From positions 6,156-70,155 of the forward strand of contig CAVRCY010000011.1 of assembly GCA_963719775.1 (NCBI GenBank): DNA of 64,000 bases, read 5' to 3'. Origin of the DNA: an uncultured Acidimicrobiia bacterium. GTDB lineage: Bacteria; Actinomycetota; Acidimicrobiia; Acidimicrobiales; Ilumatobacteraceae. The number at the start of each line of letters is the position of its first letter. Position 1 is the first letter of the stretch. Below are positions 49,220-57,650 of this stretch, in pieces. The position numbers were made by a program, and so were the translations under genes. The notes beneath the pieces are model-generated. The model ran no database searches. It worked only from the letters and a program-made list of their open reading frames with translations, and was not told the origin of the DNA.

Positions 49220-50068
49220 ATGTCTTCACCAGTGAAATCTGCCATCCGGACACAGTTCCGCACGATCGACGGGCTGCAGATCCGCTGCGCCGAGAGCGAG
49301 CAGCGCGACGACCATGCGCTCTTGTTGAGCCCGTGGCCGGAGAGCCTCTTCGCCTTCGACCAGATCTGGGAGCGGCTCGCCAAGCACACGCATCTGGTCG
49401 CCGTCGACCTGCCGGGGTTCGGACACTCCGAGCGGCGGGATTCGCTTCTCGCGCCGCGGGCGATGGGTGAGTTCGTCATCCAGGTGGCGGACGAGTTCGG
49501 GCTCGACAACCCACACACAGTCGGCCCTGACGTCGGGACGAGTGCGTTGCTGTTCGCCGCGGCCGACAACCCGGACCGCCTCCGCAGCATCGTGGTCGGC
49601 AGCGGCGGCGCGTCGTTCCCCCTGGAGCTGGGCGGCATGCTCAACGACTGGGTCGTCGCGCCCAACCTCGACGCCCTGCGCGGCGTCGACTCCCGGGTGA
49701 TCGTCTCGGGTGCGCTCAGTGGTCTCCAGCGCTACGAGCTCCCCGAGTCGGTGCGCGAGGATTATCTCTCCGCCTACGACGGCGACCGGTTCGTCGTGGC
49801 CGCGAACTACGTCCGCGCCTACCCGACCGAGCTCCCGGTCCTCGGCGAGCTGCTCTCTCAGATCGAGACGCCGGTCCAGATCATCGGCGGGATGTGGGAC
49901 TGGGCGGTGCCGCCGAGCAACCACCGTTACCTCCACCAACGGCTGCCCAACAGCAAGCTCGACCTCATCGACGCCGCGCATTTCACGTGGGAGGACGCGC
50001 CAGACACGTACGCCGAACTCGTCACGAGCTGGTGGGCGGACGGCTACGCCAACACCGGCACGCGATAA
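49220..50068 (+). CDS. alpha/beta hydrolase (paralogue of 54269..55120)
   Basis: LLLSPWPESLFAF, VAVDLPGFGHSE, HTVGPDVGTSALL, AAHFTWEDAP. Confidence 0.8.
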   Translation: MSSPVKSAIRTQFRTIDGLQIRCAESEQRDDHALLLSPWPESLFAFDQIWERLAKHTHLVAVDLPGFGHSERRDSLLAPRAMGEFVIQVADEFGLDNPHTVGPDVGTSALLFAAADNPDRLRSIVVGSGGASFPLELGGMLNDWVVAPNLDALRGVDSRVIVSGALSGLQRYELPESVREDYLSAYDGDRFVVAANYVRAYPTELPVLGELLSQIETPVQIIGGMWDWAVPPSNHRYLHQRLPNSKLDLIDAAHFTWEDAPDTYAELVTSWWADGYANTGTR

Positions 50069-50138
50069 GACGCACGTCCCCGCACCGACCTTGGAACCAA
50101 TACGCGGACGCCTCCTCCCGACGGTGTGCTGTGGGCTT

Positions 50139-50157
50139 CCCCCCGTTTCGTGGGGGG
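50139..50157. terminator. hairpin CCCCCC-GTTTCGT-GGGGGG between convergent genes
   Basis: Read directly; it lies between the ends of 49220..50068 (+) and 50222..50509 (-). Confidence 0.4.
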
Positions 50158-50221
50158 CCCAGGTCGCGCACACGACCAGGGAACGTGGTGGTTCGAGTGC
50201 AGGGTGGGGTGGTGGTACAGC

Positions 50222-50509
50222 TCACCGTCTGGGCAACGCGGGCTCGGCCGGCATCGCCCTAGCGAGAGCGTCCGGAAGGGCGACGAGTCCGGCTTCCACC
50301 TGCGCCATGATGTAGTCGATCTGGAGGGCGTAGCTTCCGCCCCGCTGAACCGCGATGTCGGTGACGACCTGGCGCTCGGGCCGCGTGTAGTCCGGGGCCC
50401 ACTCGGCCGTGACCGCCAGCCAGCTGACGGGCCGAGCACCTGCCTGAATCATGCGAGCCTTCGCGTCCTCGTGCGCCTCGACCGCCAACCCACCCGAGGA
50501 GTCACTCAA
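50222..50509 (-). pseudogene. C-terminal fragment of a YcaC-like isochorismatase-family hydrolase
   Basis: ...HEDAKARMIQAGARPVSWLAVTAEWAPDYTRPE... matches only the last roughly 90 aa of such roughly 200-aa proteins. The open frame starts 5 nt after the degenerate Box 1 copy. Confidence 0.45.
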
Positions 50510-50513
50510 TCCC

Positions 50514-50540
50514 TTTCTCTAGCGTCATTCGACGTCATCG
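50514..50540 (-). promoter_or_regulatory. Box 1 copy 8, degenerate (minus strand: GACGTCGAATGACGCTAGAGAAAG)
   Basis: 11 of 13 core positions match. Its left arm resembles copy 1 (CGAATGACGCTAG). Confidence 0.4.
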
Positions 50541-50931
50541 GGTGCTGAGATCCCACCGCCCCCGTCCGTCGTTGACGCCGCACCAAGTGACAGCCATGAG
50601 CTGCCGCACCACCGGACGTCCATGCGAAGGGGCCGAGAATCCGATGCGCGAAGACGGTCAGCCCCAACGTGTGGGCGGCCACGAGGATCTGCCCACAGGC
50701 GGCCAACAGCGGGTGCCCACTGGCGGCCCACGAGCATCGCCAACGATCCCTCCCCGAGATGGGTGGGCCGAGGAGCGATCCGTGTAACGGCACTTCGATG
50801 ATGCCCTGGATGGCCGCCTGATGCGACCCTCGTGGCGCGCGTTTCCGGACTGTGAGTGTGGCGACGGCCGTCGTGGGACGTTCCGGCCTGCATCACGGAG
50901 GAGGAGGATTCGGTCGTGCCGGCGGGCGTCG

Positions 50932-51748
50932 TCAGCGGGTGAAGTAGCCCGACTGCAAATCGGCGAGCAAGGTGGTGAGCGGCGCCTTGGACACGATGAA
51001 GCCGCCGCGAAACGGCGCGCTCGAAATCGAGCGCGACCGTTAGCGCCAGCACCACCACGACGACGAGACCGGCGGGTAGCAGCAACATCGACCGAGTACG
51101 TCTGCTCGTCACGAACACCGCGTTCGCCACCAACGCGGCGCTGGTGATGACCAGGATCGCCAGATAGAGGTCCTCCAGCCCGCGCTCGGCGATGGCGATG
51201 CGGGTACGCCGTAGGCGGCTGAGGTCGTTGACGCCGGCGAGGAGTTCCGAGGCGCCGGCGGACTCGAGCCCCGGATCCTCCGCTCGGGCACGCACCGCCC
51301 GCTGCAGGTCGGCCAGCCGGGCTCGGGCTTCGGGGCTGCCGGACTGGCCGCGGCCGAGAGCGCGCCATCCGTCCGTGGTCGTGGCCGCGATGTAAGCCGC
51401 AAGAGGGTGCTGCACGACTGTCGGGTCGGTACCGCTCGTGATCGATGCCCAGGCGAGGCGGGCGCCGGTGGCGGCCTCGTCGACCACCGTCTCGGTGGCC
51501 GCTCGGAAATCAGCCACCTCGTTGGCAATGGTGAGCGCCAGCAGCACCCCGAAGGCCGCTCCCAAGCCGGACATCATGGCCGACGCCACCGGCTGAAGGT
51601 CCTCCGCGGCAAACCTTCTCGCCACGACCGCGGCAGCGACCACCACCAACGCGAAGAATCCAGCAAAGATCAGCGCGACGAGGATCGGGTGAAGCCCGAC
51701 GAGCCAGGTTGCCACGGAACGCAAGGTTTGCACGCCGCGGAACGCCAT
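50932..51748 (-). pseudogene. DUF4239-like membrane protein; frame break near 51015-51020
   Basis: MAFRGVQTLRSVATWLVGLHPILVALIF..., two N-terminal and two C-terminal TM stretches. After ...ALDFER the alternative frame gives PFRGGFIVSKAPLTTLLADLQSGYFTR ending at TGA 50932-50934. Confidence 0.6.
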
Positions 51749-52001
51749 CGGGCCCACCTCCACGTCGTGTTGGAAGCTGCACATGTGGAAACGGCGCGCC
51801 GGGGAAGCATCGCTGGGCCATCAGGACCGCCGCCGCCACAGTGCCCTCGAACGCCCAAGAGCGGGCGGCGAGCTTCACCGATGGAAGTGCCGGTAAGCGC
51901 GGTCATGACGTGAGCGGAGTCCTCGTCCGACGTTGCTGCGGCTGCAGCTCGTGAAGCGCTTGTTCGGTTCGGCCACCCAGATCGCCGCCACGCAGGTCTC
52001 C

Positions 52002-52166
52002 TCAGTTGGAGTGACCGTCGTAGGCAGTGCGATCGCCGTCCAGCGACTCGCCCATCCAGCCGGTGCCGTCGATGTCGGGGTGGGCCGACGGGTCGGCAAG
52101 CACCGCGAACACCGCCTCCGGGGCGGCCTCGATCGTCGTGGACGCGGTAACGCGCTCGGCTTCCAT
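52002..52166 (-). pseudogene. SRPBCC/START-like fragment
   Basis: MEAERVTASTTIEAAPEAVFAVLADPSAHPDIDGTGWM is a typical SRPBCC N-terminus. The frame ends early, and weak continuation (…WVAEPNKRF…) appears in another frame. Confidence 0.3.
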
Positions 52167-52350
52167 ACCAGTGCGACGGCTCGCCGGGCCCGAACTCATC
52201 GCCGCCCGGAACACCGGCCGGTCGAGGATCGAACGCGTGGCGCCATCCGGGTTACCCGGTCCAAACACCGCTCGCGCCGGGGAGAACGCCGGGACCCGGC
52301 CGTCGGCCGTGCCGCTCATCTGTTGAGTGCCGCCACGGCACACACAGGGG

Positions 52351-52674
52351 TCACCCGATGGCTTGCTCCTCGGCCCCGGGCGGAGCGGTGCCAGTGGCGA
52401 CTTCCCAGCCGATGGCGGCGACGCGGGCGCTCACGATCTTGGCGATGCCGAGGCCGAGGCCACCCGCGACCGCCCACACCAAAGCGTCGGGCCACGAGAA
52501 CCGGCTACTGGCGGGGTCGAAAACCGCAGCCGGGGCCTTGTCCTTGTCCTTGCGGAACAACCGGTACATGGCCCTGATGAGCACTTGGGCGACGAATGCG
52601 CCCAGCAAGCCGGTGACCCAGGACTCCAGCTTCCAGATGCGCTCCCGGCCGATCATCCCGGCCACCCGTCGCAT
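52351..52674 (-). CDS. DUF4235-like small membrane protein
   Basis: IWKLESWVTGLLGAFVAQVLIRAMYRLF...WPDALVWAVAGGLGLGIAKIVSARVAA. Confidence 0.55.
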   Translation of the reverse strand: MRRVAGMIGRERIWKLESWVTGLLGAFVAQVLIRAMYRLFRKDKDKAPAAVFDPASSRFSWPDALVWAVAGGLGLGIAKIVSARVAAIGWEVATGTAPPGAEEQAIG

Positions 52675-52851
52675 GCTCACGTCGAGAACGTACACCGGCG
52701 GCCTATCGGACGAGCGATGAGGTGGCGCGTGCGGTCCTCGGAGATCACTCGTGCGGTGAGGAGGGTTCCCGCCGACGGGTTCCTCCGGGGGCGACAGACT
52801 CGCTTCCGATGATCGCGAGATGGATCTGCTGTTCATCCGTGGGCGGGCGTC

Positions 52852-53817
52852 CTACCGAAACGGCTCCAGTTCCGTGATGTCGAAGGCCGGCAGGGCGGTG
52901 GTGTGGGTGTCGGCACGGATCGGCGCCTCGAGGTGCCGTTTGACCTTGTCGGAGAGGACGCCCTCGACCTCGAGCTGCTCGAGCCTCCCCGGTTGCCCGA
53001 TGTCGAAGCGGCGCCACAGCGCATCGACCAGACAGGCGACCACGCAGCCGACCGGCTCGACCAGCTTGTCGTAGATGATCAGTGGATCGGCGGGCAACTT
53101 GCCGTCGGCGTTGGCGATGTTGATGGACGGCGAGACGGCGACGATGCCGCCGGCATCGACCTCCTCGGTCACATGGTGGATCGTCCACACGGTGCTGGTC
53201 ATGCCGCGCGCCGCGAGATCCTCGGCCGGGGTGGGGCCGGCGCCGAAGCCGTGGGCCAAGTCGGTGGGATGGAGGTTGTAGATGCCAAAGACCGGCCGCT
53301 CGATGATCGCCGTGTCGATGATCTGGCCGAACACGCAGCTGATGATCGTGTCGGGCTGCCAGTCGTCGAGCAGACTGCGGAAGCCGCTGGTCTTGATCTC
53401 GCCGGTGAAGACGGGTGTGCCGCCAGCGACGGCCGCCTCGACGACAGCCGTCTCGATGGCGACGGTCTCGTCCCGCCCAATGTGCTTCCACACCCGCTTC
53501 TTGAGGCCGATGCGTGCCTCCGGGTTCATCGGATCGTCGGTGACCAGCCCGACGAGCTGCGCCCGCCCGGCGAAGCGCCGGGCATACGCCTGGACGGCTT
53601 CGATCGCCGCGTACCCGAACTCAAAGCTGGCCAACAGCACGACCCGCAACCCGCCGGCCTCGGCGCCCGACACCTCGTCGGGCGCCGGCACAATCAGCTC
53701 GCCCCACCGTGAGCCAGCGACCGACACGAACCGCCGACCGGGGCAATCGAGCGTGACACGATGATTGAGCTCGGCTTCGCGAATCAACGGATCGACCTGG
53801 GGCATCTCGTTGCTCAT
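52852..53817 (-). CDS. formyltransferase-domain protein (Fmt/PurN-like N-domain) with an N-terminal extension
   Basis: LRVVLLASFEFG..., DTIISCVFGQII, GIYNLHPTDL (cf. the HPSLLP motif), IHHVTEEVDAGGIV. Confidence 0.6.
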   Translation of the reverse strand: MSNEMPQVDPLIREAELNHRVTLDCPGRRFVSVAGSRWGELIVPAPDEVSGAEAGGLRVVLLASFEFGYAAIEAVQAYARRFAGRAQLVGLVTDDPMNPEARIGLKKRVWKHIGRDETVAIETAVVEAAVAGGTPVFTGEIKTSGFRSLLDDWQPDTIISCVFGQIIDTAIIERPVFGIYNLHPTDLAHGFGAGPTPAEDLAARGMTSTVWTIHHVTEEVDAGGIVAVSPSINIANADGKLPADPLIIYDKLVEPVGCVVACLVDALWRRFDIGQPGRLEQLEVEGVLSDKVKRHLEAPIRADTHTTALPAFDITELEPFR

Positions 53818-54188
53818 GTCGGCTTCCGCCTCATGGCGCGAACTGGGGAGCAGAGGATCGTCTCGTTGACGGTGGCGGTGATGGCACACATCACGGCAAC
53901 CGCCCCCGGCACCGCACGAACGCCGTCCACGATCCCGAGGAGGTTGCCCGTCACAGCATGGCAATGCGGGCCAAGGATTCGCCTGTGCAGCGTCGTGGTC
54001 GCGGATGATATTCGATCACTCGGCGATCAGCATCGATGCACGAAACCTGCCGACGAATTGAGCGGCGAGGCGTTCACCACAGACGCCAAGAGGCAGGCGC
54101 ACAGATCCGCCAGCCGGGCGTCCGAGAACGACGGACATCGTGCCCGGCCCACGCATCCTCGAACGCTTCGGGGCTTCGGGACTCCGCC

Positions 54189-54221
54189 GCTGCCGAACGC
54201 CGCCGGACGACGTTCGGCAGC
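54189..54221 (-). terminator. 11-bp perfect stem GCTGCCGAACG / CGTTCGGCAGC with an 11-nt loop
   Basis: Lies about 50 nt downstream (minus direction) of the hydrolase stop at 54269. Confidence 0.5.
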
Positions 54222-54268
54222 CGGCGCACGTCGACCGCCGACTGACGAGCAGTTCTGGCGCGGCCCAG

Positions 54269-55120
54269 CTAGCCCGCTACGACGCGTCGATAGCCGCCTC
54301 TGATCCAGTTGTCGATCAAGCGGCCGTACTCGTCGGCTGCTTCTTCCCATGCGAAGTGACCGGCGTCGAGAGGATGGATTTCGCTGTAAGGGAGGAGGTC
54401 GTCGAGGTACTCGTTGTTCGACCACGGCACGAGGTCGTCGTGGCGTCCCGCCACGATTTGGGTCGGCGTCGTCATCGATGGCAGGAGATCGCGCAGCACC
54501 GGGTTCTGCTCGGGGTAGTGCCGCACGAACCGCGCCGACTCTGCGAAGCGCCCGAGGTCGTAGGCGCTGACGTAGTCCTCATGGACCTCGGGCTCGGTAG
54601 CGCTCGGAGCAGCAGACTCGACCGCGTAGCCAATATTCGTTCGGGCGTCGAGCGAGCGCACCACGTCCAGACTCGGCGCTTCGATGATGTCCTTGAGCGC
54701 GCCGCCCGCTTCGATCGGGAAGCGAACCGCGCCGCCGCCGATCGTCAAGCTCGTGACGCGTTCCGGAGCCTTCGCCGCGAGGAAGAGCGCCGCGGCCGTG
54801 CCGACGTCCGGGCCGACCAGGTGTGGTGCGCCGAGGTCCCATTCATCGATCATGCGGGCCAGGAACGCTCCGGAGCTGTCCGGGGCGATCAGCTCCGGGC
54901 GACCATCGGAGTGACCAAATCCAGGCAGGTCGACGGCGACGACGCGCCCGACTGCCGCGACTCGGTCCCAGATACGTCGGAAGGCCCAAAGGCTCTCGGG
55001 CCACGGTGCCAGCAGCAGCACCGTGATGTCCGAATCTGCTTGGTTGTCTGCGTACCTGATCCGCACCCCGTCGCAGACTCGGAAGTACGTGCTGATCTTC
55101 GTCACCGCCGCGGCAGCCAT
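54269..55120 (-). CDS. alpha/beta hydrolase (paralogue of 49220..50068)
   Basis: LLLAPWPESLWAF, VAVDLPGFGHSD, HLVGPDVGTAAAL, AGHFAWEEAA. Confidence 0.8.
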   Translation of the reverse strand: MAAAAVTKISTYFRVCDGVRIRYADNQADSDITVLLLAPWPESLWAFRRIWDRVAAVGRVVAVDLPGFGHSDGRPELIAPDSSGAFLARMIDEWDLGAPHLVGPDVGTAAALFLAAKAPERVTSLTIGGGAVRFPIEAGGALKDIIEAPSLDVVRSLDARTNIGYAVESAAPSATEPEVHEDYVSAYDLGRFAESARFVRHYPEQNPVLRDLLPSMTTPTQIVAGRHDDLVPWSNNEYLDDLLPYSEIHPLDAGHFAWEEAADEYGRLIDNWIRGGYRRVVAG

Positions 55121-55235
55121 CTGACATGTCTCCTTCGTCGATTCTGTACGGCTCCGTCCACAACGCAGGTCACGATGTTCGACTGGAGCGATCGGTCTAG
55201 AGTTCTAGAGCATTCGGTCTACTAATGTCAAGAGA

Positions 55236-55838
55236 GTGGCGCGCGATCGTGACTCCCGCGCGGAACTCGTGCAGACGATGGCGCGGCTTCTCCGAGCGCA
55301 GGGCTACACGGCGACGGGCCGTGCGCAACTGTTGGCAGAGAGTGGTGTCTCCAACGGATCGCTGTATCACCACTTCCCAGGCGGCATGGAAGCGCTAGCC
55401 GAAGCTGCCCTTGATGCGTCCGGCGCGTTCGTCGCCGAAGCGCTCCGCGAAGCACTGCACGCTGCTCCGAGCGCTGGAGAAGGCATCGTGCGATTCCTCG
55501 ACGTCGTCGGAGGGCAGACGCGCGAGGAACAGTGCGCCGGTTGTCCGATCGCGCCGACCGCGCTCGAATCGCCCATCATCAGCCCGCACCTACGGGCCGC
55601 TGCAGCGCGGTGTTTTGACGAACAGGAGGGCCTGATTGCTTCGCGGCTACGCGCCGACGGCTGGCCCGACCACTCTGCTCAAGAGGCGGCATCGGCGACG
55701 CTCGCCCTGATCGAAGGCTCACTGCTGCTCGCTCGCGTGAGCGGGCAACCGAGTCACCTCGCTCACGCCAAACGCGCTGCGCTCGCGCTACTCGCCGCGC
55801 CACCCATGGACCGAGACACTCGAACGCAGACGTTCTGA
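55236..55838 (+). CDS. TetR-family transcriptional regulator
   Basis: LVQTMARLLRAQGYTATGRAQLLAESGVSNGSLYHHFPGG. Divergent from the hydrolase gene. Confidence 0.8.
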   Translation: MARDRDSRAELVQTMARLLRAQGYTATGRAQLLAESGVSNGSLYHHFPGGMEALAEAALDASGAFVAEALREALHAAPSAGEGIVRFLDVVGGQTREEQCAGCPIAPTALESPIISPHLRAAAARCFDEQEGLIASRLRADGWPDHSAQEAASATLALIEGSLLLARVSGQPSHLAHAKRAALALLAAPPMDRDTRTQTF

Positions 55839-55936
55839 CCCGCGCCGCACAGAAGACGCAGGTACCACTCACGGCAGGCATCCTCGAACGCCGTTCAACG
55901 GGTAACGGTTGCGATGTCGACGCTCGATCGGCGGCG

Positions 55937-56044
55937 TCACAACGTCACGACGATCTTGCCGTGCACGTGGAGACCGGCCTGAAGTGAGACGGCCTCACGA
56001 ATCTGTTCGACCGGGAACGTCGCGGCGATTGGCACCGTGATCCG
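55937..56044 (-). pseudogene. C-terminal roughly 35-aa remnant of a zinc-type/quinone oxidoreductase (MDR family)
   Basis: GRITVPIAATFPVEQIREAVSLQAGLHVHGKIVVTL plus stop is the characteristic MDR C-terminus. Homology ends within a few nt of Box 1 copy 7. Confidence 0.5.
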
Positions 56045-56046
56045 AC

Positions 56047-56072
56047 CTACGCCATTTGACGCTAGCGAGCAG
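56047..56072 (+). promoter_or_regulatory. Box 1 copy 7 (CTACGCCATTTGACGCTAGCGAGCAG)
   Basis: 13-mer at 56057-56069. CAGTGT at 56086-56091 lies 17 nt after TAGCGA. Confidence 0.55.
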
Positions 56073-56183
56073 TCCGCGCGCCGAGCAGTGTCGTGGCTGG
56101 AGCGCCACGACCGCCGAGCCCGGGGGTGCGCCGGGCACGACGAGCGCACGGCCGAGGTCCAGAGCATTCGTGAGGAGAGTGCC

Positions 56184-56465
56184 ATGAGCGCCATCACTGA
56201 TCAGCCCATTCCGGGCTACGTCGCTGGCGGCTTGACGATCGACCCGGTCTATTCGCAGACTGGTTTCTCGATCCGCCACCTGATGGTGTCCATGGCGCGG
56301 GGCAAGCTCACCACTGTCAGCGCTGTGCGCGGCGAGAACGAACCTGTGTGCGCGCCCAGGGCCGTCGAGTTCGTCGGCGGCCCCCATCTCCAGGTGGTTT
56401 GCACGGCGCACAAGCAGGCGCGGCGGCGCTCGCCTAGGGGCGATGAGCGACGGATGGTGCACTGA
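56184..56465 (+). pseudogene. YceI-family N-terminal fragment (about 45 aa of homology, then unrelated sequence)
   Basis: MSAITDQPIPGYVAGGLTIDPVYSQTGFSIRHLMVSMARGKLTT parallels 19314..19874, and the RBS region is conserved too. The remainder has no YceI similarity. Confidence 0.6.
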
Positions 56466-57248
56466 TGGACACGACGACCGGGCAGCTCCTCGATCCGCGG
56501 GGGCTGTTCCGGCTCGACGACAAGGTGGCCGTCGTCACCGGCGCCTCGTCAGGGCTAGGCGAACGCTTCGCCCGGGTGCTCGACGCCGCCGGTGCCCGAG
56601 TCGTCGTCGCCGCTCGACGTGCTGACCGCCTCGACAAACTCGCCGCCGGCCTCGACGGCGCCGTCGCCGTGCCCGCCGACCTCTCCCTCGCCGGGGACCG
56701 GGAACGCCTCGTCGCCACCACCCTCGACCAGGCCGGACGCCTCGACGTGCTCGTCAACAACGCCGGCATCGGCCGACCCGCCGCGCTCGAGGAGGAGGCC
56801 CTCGACGATTTCCGCGACGTGATCGAAGTCAACCTCACCGCCGTCTGGCACCTCTGCAAACTGGCTCGCCAGGCACTGATCGCCGACGGCGGCGGCAGCA
56901 TCATCAACGTCGCATCGATCCTCGGCCACGTCGGCGCGACGCCCATCAAACAGGCCAGCTACTGCGCCAGCAAGGGGGCCGTCGTCAACCTGACCCGAGA
57001 GCTCGCCCTGCAGTTCGCCCGCAGAGGGGTCACCGTCAACGCCCTCTGCCCGGGCTGGTTCCCCTCCGAGCTCACCGCCGGGACGGAGGACGACGCCACC
57101 CAAGCCTTCATTGCTCGCAACACACCGATCGCCCGGATGGGCCGGGCCCACGAGCTCGACGGCGCCCTGCTGCTGCTCGAGCGCGCCAGCCGGCTCGTTC
57201 ATCACCGGGCAGAGCCTCATCGTCGACGGCGGATGGACCGCCCGATGA
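56465..57248 (+). pseudogene. SDR-family oxidoreductase; frame break near 57188-57197
   Basis: VAVVTGASSGLGERFA, NNAG, YCASKGAV. After ...GALLLL the alternative frame gives APAGSFITGQSLIVDGGWTAR ending at TGA 57246-57248. Confidence 0.8.
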
Positions 57249-57650
57249 GCATGCCAGCACCGGCCGCCACGCCGGTGTGGCGCAGCGCCCACGCCACCCA
57301 CGAGGCGATTTTCGGGCTCCTCATGGAGCAGTCCATCCGCAGCGACCAGTCATCGACTGCGCGCCAGTCCGCGCGAGTACGTCGGATGAGCAGGATCTCT
57401 GGCTCAGGATCGGGGAACCGCGCCGGGGCACACCGCCTACCGCATCATCCGGGAGGCCACCACAGGCGCTTTCAATCCGGAAACCGGCGCAGAGCAGCAG
57501 ACGGCACGTTGCGTCGCACGAATGGCCAAGCGCGACAGGAGGTGCAGCCATGAATCAGGAGTTCAGGGGCATCTGGGACGCGGCCGGTTGGGCGCTGATC
57601 CCGATCGACTGCCAGGAGAACACTCATCTGGACCCTGCAGGAGCCTCGCG

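Noticed and set aside
49152-49235. 27-codon ORF in the leader after Box 1 copy 6
   Set aside because: It has no RBS, overlaps the well-supported ATG 49220 (preceded by GGAAAGGAG), and has no counterpart in the other Box 1 leaders.
50259-50269. Partial Box 1 match CTAGCGAGAGC
   Set aside because: It lacks the TGACG half and lies inside the isochorismatase-like reading frame, so it is likely chance.
55391-55402. GCGCTAGCCG inside the TetR gene and CTGCTAGCAG at about 48545
   Set aside because: They share only the GCTAGC hexamer, lie within coding sequence, and have no flanking Box 1 similarity.
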